DNA from: Macrostomum lignano
Lineage: Eukaryota
Length of the DNA: 64,000 nt
Direction: 5' to 3'
Assembly: GCA_002269645.1 (NCBI GenBank)
Contig: NIVC01000587.1
Span: forward strand, 248,001-312,000
Shown here: piece by piece, positions 40,501 through 52,115 of the stretch
How positions within the stretch are numbered: position 1 is the first letter of the stretch
How the letters are laid out: the number at the start of each line of letters is the position of its first letter
Position numbers and translations under genes: made by a program
Notes under the pieces: model-generated
What the model saw: only the letters and a program-made list of their open reading frames with translations
Databases searched by the model: none
Told to the model about the DNA's origin: nothing

Positions 40501-43500
40501 GAAACCCTGAATTCTGACATCTTGACATCGTGAAATCGTGACATTCTGACATCCTGACACCCTGACACCATTATATCCTGACATCCTGAAACCCTGACAC
40601 CTTGTCACCCTGACACCCAGTAACCCCTACCCCGCCGCCACCCGGCCAACCTTGATGTACGAAACCCTGGGCAGGCTGGCCCGGGCCGTGGCGCTCTGCG
40701 TTGTCATAGTCAGCACCGTCAGCAGGCCGATGGTCACCCGGGCCGGAATAGCGTCAATGGAGATCCAGAAGGCCACCCAGGACAGAATCACGATCAGCAC
40801 CGAGGGTACGTACAGTTGGATCAGGTAGTAGCCGATGTTGCGTTTGAGCACGAACTCAACCTCTAGACAGGGGTAGTCGCCTGTTCAGATAAGGAGGAAA
40901 AAAACTTATGCCGACTTCTGAAAGTATTTATTAAATAGACTCAGTGAAAGACATTGAGAGAAGACTGGAGAGTCAGAGTGGCTGAAGGATCTGGGAGAGA
41001 GTCAGAGGGGCTGAAGGATCTGGGAGAGAGTCATAGGGGCTGAAGGATCTGGGAGAGAGTCAGAGGGGCTGAGGGATCTGGGAGAGTCAGAGAGGCTAAG
41101 GGATCTGGGAGAGTCAGAGAGGCTAAGGGATCTGGGAGAGTCAGAGAGGCTAAGGGATCTGGGAGAGTCAGAGAGGCTAAGGGATCTGGGAGAGTCAGAG
41201 AGGCTAGGGGATCTGGGAGAGTCAGAGAGGCTAAGGGATCTGGGAGAGTCAGAGAGGCTAGGGGATCTGGGAGAGTCAGAGAGGCTAAGGGATCTGGGAG
41301 AGTCAGAGAGGCTGAGGGATCTGGGAGAGTCAGAGAGGCTAAGGGATCTGGGAGAGTCAGAGAGGCTGAGGGATCTGGGAGAGTCAGAGAGGCTAAGGGA
41401 TCTGGGAGAGTCAGAGAGGCTAAGGGATCTGGGAGAGTCAGAGAGGCTGAGGGATCTGGGAGAGTCAGAGAGGCTAAGGGATCTGGGAGAGTCAGAGAGG
41501 CTGAGGGATCTGGGAGAGTCAGAGAGGCTAAGGGATCTGGGAGAGTCAGAGAGGCTGAGGGATCTGGGAGAGTCAGAGAGGCTGAGGGATCTGGGAGAGT
41601 CAGAGTGGCTGAGGGATCTGGGAGAGTCAGAGAGGCTAAGGGATCTGGGAGAGTCAGAGTGGCTGAGGGATCTGGGAGAGTCAGAGAGGCTAAGGGATCT
41701 GGGAGAGTCAGAGTGGCTGAAGGATCTGAGAGAGTCAGAGTGGCTGAGGGATCTGGGAGAGTCAAAGGGGCTGAAGGATCTGGGAGAGTCAAAGGGGCTG
41801 AAGGATCTGAGAGAGTCAGAGTGGCTGAGGGATCTGGGAGAGTCAAAGGGGCTGAAGGATCTGGGAGAGTCAAAGGGGCTGAAGGATCTGGGAGAGTCAG
41901 AGTGGCTGAAGGATCTGGGAGAGTCAGAGTGGCTGAGGGATCTGGGAGAGTCAAAGGGGCTGAAGGATCTGGGAGAGTCAGAGTGGCTGAAGGATCTGAG
42001 AGAGTCAGAGTGGCTGAGGGATCTGGGAGAGTCAAAGGGGCTGAAGGATCTGGGAGAGTCAGAGTGGCTGAGGGATCTGAGAGAGTCAGAGAGGCTGAGG
42101 GATCTGGTAGAGTCAAAGGGGCTGAGGGATCTGGGAAAGTCAAAGGGGCTGAAGGATCTGGGAGAGTCAGAGTGGCTGAAGGATCTGGGAGAGTCAGAGG
42201 GGCTGAAGGATCTGGGAGAGAGTCATAGGGGCTGAGGGATCTGGGAGAGTCAGAGTGGCTGAGGGATCTGGGAGAGTCAGAGAGGCTGAGGGATCTGGGA
42301 GAGTCAGAGAGGCTAAGGGATCTGGGAGAGTCAGAGAGGCTAAGGGATCTGGGAGAGTCAGAGAGGCTAGGGGATCTGGGAGAGTCAGAGAGGCTAAGGG
42401 ATCTGGGAGAGTCAGAGAGGCTGAGGGATCTGGGAGAGTCAGAGAGGCTAAGGGATCTGGGAGAGTCAGAGAGGCTGAGGGATCTGGGAGAGTCAGAGAG
42501 GCTGAGGGATCTGGGAGAGTCAGAGAGGCTAAGGGATCTGGGAGAGTCAGAGAGGCTAAGGGATCTGGGAGAGTCAGAGAGGCTAGGGGATCTGGGAAAG
42601 TCAGAGAGGCTAAGGGATCTGGGAGAGTCAGAGAGGCTAAGGGATCTGGGAGAGTCAGAGAGGCTAGGGGATCTGGGAGAGTCAGAGAGGCTAAGGGATC
42701 TGGGAGAGTCAGAGAGGCTAGGGGATCTGGGAGAGTCAGAGAGGCTGAGGGATCTGGGAGAGTCAGAGAGGCCAAGGGATCTGGGAGAGTCAGAGTGGCT
42801 GAGGGATCTGGGAGAGTCAGAGTGACTAAGGGATCTGGGAGAGTCAGAGAGGCTGAGGGATCTGGGAGAGTCAGAGAGGCTAAGGGATCTGGGAGAGTCA
42901 GAGTGGCTGAGGGATCTGGGAGAGTCAGAGAGGCTAAGGGATCTGGGAGAGTCAGAGAGGCTAAGGGATCTGGGAGAGTCAGAGAGGCTGAGGGATCTGG
43001 GAGAGTCAGAGAGGCTAAGGGATCTGGGAGAGTCAGAGAGGCTAAGGGATCTGGGAGAGTCAGAGAGGCTGAGGGATCTGGGAGAGTCAGAGAGGCTAAG
43101 GGATCTGGGAGAGTCAGAGAGGCTGAGGGATCTGGGAGAGTCAGAGAGGCTGAGGGATCTGGGAGAGTCAGATGCTGCATGCAGCAGTCAGATGTCGCCG
43201 ACCCACCCGTGGCGTAGGTCTGCTGGCAGTTCCTCGTATTGGTGGCGTGCAGCTCAAACTGCGGCAGGATGAGCTGCTCGTCCGTTTCCACTGGCATCTG
43301 GCGCCACTGGTAAACATTGGCCTTGACCGTGTGACCGACTGCGGGTTCAGTTAGCAGCAGTGTGTGCTCTTACTTAGTTACTCGTAGTAGCCTAGCTAGA
43401 AAAGTAGAAAAGCTACGTAAATAATACTAATAAATAGAAGAAATCGATGCGACTCACACGACTCAAATTGAATTGGGCAAACCTGCGTATCCAGGGGGTA

Positions 43501-46500
43501 CTTGTGCAGTTTCATCTGGCACGATAGGGTGGCCGTGATCCTGAAGTCGATGGTGAGTCAGTAGTCAGTCAACCACTCACTTAAATCAGTCAGTCAGTCA
43601 GTCAGTCAGTCAGTCAGTCAGTCAGTCAGTCAGTCAGTCAGTCAGTCAGTCAGTCAGTCAGTCAGTCAGTCAGTCAGTCAGTCAGTCAGTCAGTCAGTCA
43701 GTCAGTCAGTCAGTCAGTCAGTCAGTCAGTCAGTCAGTCAGTCAGTCAGTCAGTCAGTCAGTCAGTCAGTCAGTCAGTCAGTCAGTCAGTCAGTCAGTCA
43801 GTCAGTCAGTCAGTCAGTCAGTCAGTCAGTCAGTCAGTCAGTCAGTCAGCTCTCACTTAGCAGCATAGTACACGGTGCCATTGGGGTAGAGACGCATGAG
43901 CCGGTTCGGCAGAGTTACTTCGTGAAACGCGGCCTTCTTCTCGTTCCTTAAAAATGGGGGAAGTGTAGAAAAGTAACAATGTGCATGCGTTCCCTTCAAC
44001 CTGCACAGCTCCAATAGAAATTTAACAGCTTAGCACACAATCACACTCACCGCAAGAAGACATCCGGCACCTCAGAGACACTGGTCACACTCACCGGAAG
44101 AACACATCCGGCACCTCAGAGACACTGGTCACACTCACCGGAAGAACACATCCGGCACTTTAGAGACACCGGTCACACTCACCGGAAGAACACATCCGGC
44201 ACCTCAGAGAGACTGGTCACACTCACCGGAAGAACACATCCGGCACCTCAGAGACACTGGTCACACTCACCGGAAGAACACATCCGGCACCTCAGAGACA
44301 CCGGTCACACTCACCGGAAGAACACATCCGGCACCTCAGAGAGACTGGTCAGACTCACCGGAAGAACACATCCGGCACCTCAGAGACACCGGTCACACTC
44401 ACCGGAAGAACACATCCGGCACCTCAGAGACACTGGTCACACTCACCGGAAGAACACATCCGGCACCTCAGAGAGACTGGTCACACTCACCGGAAGAACA
44501 CATCCGGCACCTCAGAGAGACTGGTCAGACTCACCGGAAGAACACATCCGGCACCTCAGAGACACCGGTCACACTCACCGGAAGAACACATCCGGCACCT
44601 CAGAGAGACTGGTCAGACTCACCGGAAGAACACATCCGGCACCTCAGAGACACCGGTCACACTCACCGGAAGAACACATCTGGCACCCAGATTTTATCCC
44701 ACGCTCTGTCGGGCAGCTTCATAAACTCGACGCCGCACAGTTGTGTCTCGTTGAAAGCCAACCGCGGGTCCCACCATTGCTCTCGCAGGTACAAGTTGAT
44801 TTCGTAGTCCTTGAAGAATTTAGGTTGTGCGGTCAGAGTAAAACAGGTGACCAGGTGTGAGAATTGCGCATCCGAGGGGCTGCCACTGGGAGATAGCAGC
44901 TTCCTGACTGTATTCTACACCATCAGCGTACTAACCGCGGCCAATTCTGCTTAACTTGTGGTGGTACTTTTGGCTAAGGCGAGAGCAATTAAAATGAAAT
45001 TTCGAGTTCCCGGAGTAGTACAATATCGATTTTGGCCAGCTGAGCCACTTTCCTTAATCAAATTGGCGAGCCCGATCGGATCAAACCCTGCTTGCACTGC
45101 ACCCCAGGTGGTCCTCTCCGCTATGCAAATGCAATTAAGAATTCCTTAATATTGAGAAAGCCCGCATTGAGAATTGTAAAACCGGGGAGAGGAAGGAAAG
45201 GCGCAGCGGGGGTCCGCCTTCTCCAGCCGGCGACAGACAGAAGACTCTGAATTGTAAATGTCACGGCGCCGCGGGTTTCAGAGTGCGATTTATTAGCTTG
45301 GCTGGGCCAATCCTCTTTATTGCCCTCCTTTCCACCTTCGCCCCGCAACTGGCTTTGAAAGTCTCAGCACACTCGGCTGGGCATATGCTCAAGTCTACTC
45401 ACCCCCCTTTCGGAGCTTAAGAAAGCGTCCCATGGGTGAATAATTAAAAAAACAGCCCATAGCGTCCCCCATACCGGACTCAAAGCGCGGGACGGGGCGG
45501 AGCAGACACAGGAGGCTCAAGGATTATGCATGAGCTGCTGGCCACTTCGATCGAATTTGGGAGAGCAGCTGGCAGTTGTGCTTAATTTTTTTTCTTCCAT
45601 AATTTGTAATTTCTTTTCAACCCGATCGGCCAGTGCGCAGCGCTCTTTTGTTTACAAACCCGAAGTACGTCTACGCACCATGGACTGCTCGCTGATGTAG
45701 TTGAACCCATTGATGTAGATGCCAAGCATTATCACTGTGGGACCGGCTGCGGGGGTGAAAACAAATTGAATTTTTTTATGTCAAAAGTTTGTGGAAAGAG
45801 TTAAATTCGGTAAATACCTGTTATTCATGCTTCATATACCCAAGATTGTAAACATTAGCTAAGTCAGAGCTTGGCAAACTCTTTGATCCCAGGCCCAGGT
45901 GGAGAATCTAGCGCATGACTGCGGGCCAGAGGAGGGGAGAGAGGAGATGGAATAGGAAAGCGAGGAGAAATGAAAAGGGAGAGGAGAGAGGAGAGAGAAG
46001 AAGAAAGAAGAGAAAGGAGAAAGGAGAGAGGAGAGAGGGAAGGACAGGAGAGAGGAGAGAGGAGAGAGAAGAGAGAGGAGAGGAGAGGAGAGAGGAGAGA
46101 GATCAGAGAGGAGAGGAGAGAGGAGAGAGATGAGAGAGGAGAGAGATGAGAGAGGAGAGAGATGAGAGAGGAGAGGAGAGAGGAGAGAGATGAGAGAGGA
46201 GAGGAGAGAGGAGAGAGATGAGAGAGGAGAGGAGAGAGGAGAGAGATGAGAGAGGAGAGAGATGAGAGAGGAGAGAGATGAGAGAGGAGAGGAGAGGGGA
46301 GAGAGATAAGAGAGGAGAGGAGAGAGGATAGGCGAGAGGAGGATAGAGAGGCTTGGTGAGCTGCATGTGGCCGAAATAAGTAGACAGTCGGTAACACTCC
46401 GGACCAGGGGACGCAATCAAAAAGGACTTCTGAAGCAATAAAGCGCTGCATGCTCTGATTGTGAAGAATATTCAAGTCCGTGAGCTTCAATGCTCCATGA

Positions 46501-49240
46501 ATAAGAGCGATTGTTGTTTAGAATTGATAATATTATTTTATTCAATGTTTTTGTGCGAATGTTTATTGCTAGTGAAACCTCCCGAAATCATTCACTATTG
46601 TCAGGGTTAGTTACAAACTATGCTCTCTCTCTCTCTCTCTAGGAAGGCCTAGGAGCGAAATAACCTTAGACTCTTGACATCAAAACCCGGATGGATTATC
46701 CGTCCAAGAACACCTTCTAAGCTCTGCGCGTCCGTCAATTTTTTAGAATGTTAATTAATCAAAAAAGTGGAAGAATACTTTTACTTTACTTTCGTATTTA
46801 CTAGTAAAACATTGAAATAGAAAAGTACAACTTAAAAACGGCGTGTTTTTTAAAAATACACCAGGGTGTCCCATAAGTAACTTTACAACTTGTTTCGTGT
46901 ATAACTTTGTGATTAATGCTTGGATCCCCACCAGATTTTAGCATAGGAAAATATATAGAAAAGGGATTTTTTGACACCAAAAGCATGTTCATATCAGGCC
47001 CAGATTTCGCCTGAGACGCTTACCAAAGCCCTGCTGGACTTTCCGCGGCGGCTGGAGGCCTGCCTTACAAACGGCGGTGGCCACATCGAAGGACCCTGAA
47101 CGGACTGTATTTTTTAACGTATGAACATGCTTTTGGTGTCAAAAAATCCCTTTTCTATATATTTTCCTATGCTAAAATCTGGTGGGGATCCAAGCATTAA
47201 TCACAAAGTTATTCACGAAACAAGTTGTAAAGTTACTTATGGGACACCCTGTACATCCTGAAACAGATACTGATGCTCTCAGCATGCAATCTTTCGCGCT
47301 CCAAAAGTGCTTCGTAGAAGTGTGTTGAACGGTGAATTTTGCAACTCACACACTCCCGCTGGATGCACTCTGCGGTTATAGGTTCTCGGATCGGATAGCT
47401 TTCTATAGAGCTGGTAGCTGGAAGCGGGTTCCAAGTTCGAGACATGTTAGTTCAATGTGCAGCAATTTCAATGCAGTTCCACTGTATCAGGATTGGTCTT
47501 CTGCACATGTAGTTAAATTTTAAATTAATAGAACAAAAAGTGGCTTTATTCTGAAGGACCAAATGATCTTGGGTATCACTCTGTAGGACTGTAGGGTCTT
47601 GGGTATCACTATGTAGGACTGTAGGGTCTTGGGTATCACTATGTAGGACTGTAGGGTCTTGGGTATCACTCTGTAGGACTGTAGGGTCTTGGGTATCACT
47701 CTGTAGGACTGTAGGGTCTTGGGTATCACTATGTAGGACTGTAGGGTCTTGGGTATCACTCTAAATGATCTTAGCTACATATCTTCTATTACAGAAATAA
47801 TTGCAGTGTAGGTTGCCACAACAATCAAGTATTAATAAATAAAAACATTACAGAACGTAGTACTAATTAACAATAGGTTAATAAGCTAAAATATTCAAAA
47901 ATAAATTCCACATAATTTACTACGAGGAAAGGCTTGAATATTAAACTGTACTATAGGTATAGCTAAGGAAGCACATCTATGTTAATGAGTAGTTAGCACT
48001 ACAAGTTGGTAACAATATGAATCCATTTACTCTGATTCGGAGAGTTCCTCTTGTCATACTTGGTCTCTGCTATGAAGCTGGAATTGAAGTGTCGCATGAT
48101 CGGGATCAGTCTGCGCGCAAACGACAGTCTTGGTAAACAAAAAGTTTCAAAAGTCCGGCTAGACCAGGACCTCTGAACACACCTGGACTAGAGGGAATTG
48201 TGAGCAGACCCAGAAAATCTGTGTATGCAAATTTGCAGAATTTTTCAATGAGTTGCGGTAGTGTCTATTCAGGTTATAGGTTTGATGCTCCATTTTTGAA
48301 ATTATCCTAAAATCTGCGATGCTGCTGTCCTCTTCCCCCAGAGCGCATACACATACGTACATCCAATACAGGTGTCTCTAGTGGTCCCTGTCGCTGGTCC
48401 CTCATCAAGGCCTATTATTGATTGAAAGGCTGAGATTGATAGAAAGGAAGTTCGCTTGCAGTAATGGCCGTCTCTCTCTCTCTCTCTCTCAGTCTCTCCT
48501 GATGGAGCGAGACGCTGGCCTGCTCTGGCCGCAAGCAATGAATCACAAAATTGGCTCTCGAGCTTAAACTGTAGAGGCCAGAAGTTATTTTCTCTCGTTA
48601 ATCAACCGCTTGTTAAGCGCAAATTAATTCAAGGCGTGCTTTTAGCAATAAAGTACTTTGTTACTTTAAGTAGATTTTTATAGGAAGACCAAGTTTACAA
48701 CATTACTGTTTTCCTCCATATTTCGCCTAGATATACTTACAGCTGTTTTGTTTTACTATTTTGGATTATAATTTATAACTTAAAATATCATAGTTGTAGT
48801 CTAATATACGCATATTGCTCTTATTTTGTAATTGATTTAATAAATTTATTCTTTATATTTTTTAGTTTTATTTTATTTCAGCATTTTATAATAAATTTTA
48901 ACAGAGCTAAATGACTATTTTACAATTATAGAATATATTTTCACCTGTTACTAATTACAAAAAAAATTGTTAGAGTAGCATTAAACTCGAAGTAACTGCT
49001 GTATTTAATTTGCATTACTATAATCAAAATTAGAAATTTATGTATATTTCTTGTAAAACATCCATTGATAATAATATAAGTTGACTCCTGAGCAACATTC
49101 AAGCAACCTCACCTGGTAATATTCATAACGCATTCTGCATTGGCAAAGCCGCCACCAGAAAAGACCGAAAGCAACGTCAGGAGCAGAGCCAGCAGTAGAA
49201 GCAGCAAAAGATGCATTTGCGACGGGGAACAAAGCCACAT
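34547..49240 (-). CDS. Anion-selective Cys-loop ligand-gated ion channel subunit (lophotrochozoan GluCl / glycine-receptor-like), 11 coding exons, about 491 aa
   Basis: Exons 49240-49113, 48128-48031, 45746-45679, 44809-44667, 43946-43857, 43540-43458, 43338-43207, 40880-40651, 39513-39349, 38482-38375, 34777-34547; phases are consistent. Signal peptide [16 protein letters not shown]. Motifs [22 protein letters not shown], Cys loop [15 protein letters not shown], loop-C Cys pair [15 protein letters not shown] before M2, [14 protein letters not shown]4 [21 protein letters not shown]. Confidence 0.92.
34778..36190. repeat. 22-bp minisatellite ending at the acceptor of the last Cys-loop exon (about 64 copies)
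   Basis: Sense-strand unit AACTGTCAGCACYCWCTCTCMG; the final TGTCAG is the acceptor. Confidence 0.95.
36715..38215. repeat. 32/34-bp minisatellite in the last Cys-loop intron
   Basis: Unit TGTCAGTTGGTGATGCCGCTCAACCCACCCTG(TG). Confidence 0.95.
38850..39300. repeat. 31-bp minisatellite in a Cys-loop intron
   Basis: Unit CACTATCAAGGAATTCCCCGTCATCGACAAT; contains the GGAATTCC palindrome. Confidence 0.95.
39635..40620. repeat. 8-bp (CCTGACAY)n array in a Cys-loop intron
   Basis: Alternating CCTGACAT and CCTGACAC units. Confidence 0.95.
40965..43172. repeat. 27-bp minisatellite (about 80 copies) in the Cys-loop intron between loop C and M1
   Basis: Unit GGGATCTGGGAGAGTCAGAGAGGCTRA; a rare TCATAGGGG variant occurs at 41031 and 42223. 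Confidence 0.95.
43588..43850. repeat. (AGTC)n microsatellite filling a Cys-loop intron
   Basis: About 65 near-perfect copies. Confidence 0.95.
44041..44690. repeat. 44-bp minisatellite containing the exon end plus 5' splice site (about 15 copies)
   Basis: Sense unit GTGCCGGATGTGTTCTTCCG|GTGAGTGTGACCAGTGTCTCTGAG. Confidence 0.95.
45865..46375 (+). mobile_element. hAT (Charlie-like) MITE copy 3 with GA-rich core
   Basis: Starts CAGAGCTTGGCAAACT...GCGGGCCAGAGG, followed by an (AGAGG/GAGAT) array. Ends GGATAGAGAGGCTT...GCTGCATGTGGCC, resembling copies 1 and 2. Confidence 0.5.
46862..47251 (+). mobile_element. Internally deleted Tc1/mariner-superfamily element with 132-bp TIRs
   Basis: TIRs 46862-46993 and 47120-47251 (CAGGGTGTCCC...GGGACACCCTG); the right end is followed by TA. 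The interior encodes [32 protein letters not shown], a typical Tc1/mariner transposase C-terminus. Confidence 0.85.
47555..47765. repeat. 30-bp minisatellite (about 7 copies) in Cys-loop intron 2
   Basis: Unit TCTTGGGTATCACTMTGTAGGACTGTAGGG. Confidence 0.92.
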
Positions 49241-49487
49241 GCCGAACTTTTAGCTGTGTGGGGATTTCTGTCCCCAGCCGATTTCTGCAAAGAAGCAGTT
49301 CGCTGTTTGTTAAACTGACTGAACTCAAATTAGTCCTGACATCCCTCTTTCAGTATGCCGCTAACAGGATTAATGAAACTGGCAGAGTTGGGGGGAAATT
49401 CTCGAAAGCCAGACTTGTTAAAGAAAGCTCCATAGCGGCTCAGCTATGGATTGTTGGAATTGGTGCAAAACACTGCACACTGGGGAC

Positions 49488-50140
49488 CACCGCATCTGTA
49501 CGGATTCAGCATTCCATCTGTAGGGATTGAGTACCGCATCTGTACGGATTCAGCAACGCATCTGTACGGATTCAGCAACGCATCTGTACGGATTCAGCAA
49601 CGCATCTGTACGGATTCAGCACAGCATCTGTACGGATTCAGCAACGCATCTGTACGGATTCAGCACAGCATCTGTACGGATTGAGTACCGCATCTGTACG
49701 GATTCAGCAACGCATCTGTACGGATTCAGCACCGCATCTGTACGGATTCAGCAACGCATCTGTACGGATTCAGCACAGCATCTGTACGGATTCAGTACAG
49801 CATCTGTACGGATTCAGCACAGCATCTGTACGGATTGAGTACCGCATCTGTACGGATTCAGCAACGCATCTGTACGGATTCAGCACCGCATCTATACGGA
49901 TTCAGAAACGCATCTGTACGGATTCAGAAACGCATCTGTACGGATTCAGCACCGCATCTGTACGGATTCAGCACAGCATCTGTACGGATTCAGAAACGCA
50001 TCTGTACGGATTCAGCACAGCATCTGTACGGATTCAGCACCGCATCTGTACGGATTCAGAAACGCATCTGTACGGATTCAGCAACGCATCTGTACGGATT
50101 CAGCACCGCATCTGTACGGATTCAGTACTGCATCTGTACG
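49488..50140. repeat. 22-bp minisatellite
   Basis: Unit ACGCATCTGTACGGATTCAGCA, about 29 copies. Confidence 0.95.
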
Positions 50141-50588
50141 GCGCCATTCCAGTCCGTAATAACTTATATACTCATGAGTTTCAATGACCTTCTGTTATTC
50201 AACTTATTTTTCTGAACGCCTCATCAATTAATACTGGAGCATTTTCTGATGCACACGGCTGCACAATTCTTATTCTCCATCTCCATCCTTTCTGCAGTTC
50301 TCCGCTCCATCCAGCATCCGGCCCCCTCACTCTTTCCCTTTCTTCTAATCCGTCTTTTTTAATCGCCCTGCGGCCTTCCGCATCCAAGGCGCCGCAAGTC
50401 GGACAATAACGACCGGCGCAGGACGGCGGGGCGGCGGCTGCGCGCCGACTCTGAGATTTGCCGCCCGCCGGTTGCCGCTTCCGTCCGCCAGGGTGGAGCG
50501 GTGAGGGGAGCGGAAGGCAGGCGTCACGCGACTGAAAACCAAACAGAACGCCCGGACTGGGGCCGAGGGGCGTCAGGGGGAATCGGAG

Positions 50589-51853
<1,265 letters not shown>

Positions 51854-52107
51854 TGTCGTGTCGTGGCTGGCTAGCCAAACTTGAGCCGCAAATGGGCGAG
51901 AGGTTGTTATTTATTGTAGTTGGCATTGCACATAGATGTACATGCAGATACGAGTAAAGCATCAGCTAATAGATTAGACGGTTAGGCATAAGCGTACATT
52001 GACAGACAGAGCAGGCGGGGAGAGAGCAAGCAGTCCTAAACTCAGCGCCAATAACAATTGGGGTGCAGCCCCACACTGCGCACTTCAAGTCAAGTCACGA
52101 TACAACA
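51854..52107 (-). repeat. 3' LTR
   Basis: 254 bp; AATAAA on the minus strand at 51910-51915; preceded by PPT-like GATGAGGGGA. Confidence 0.95.
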
Positions 52108-52115
52108 TCCCCTCA

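Noticed and set aside
45864-46490. ORF as a candidate N-terminal exon of the Cys-loop receptor
   Set aside because: Mostly MITE low-complexity sequence; the exon at 48128-48031 supplies the expected YDKR..P motif with correct phases.
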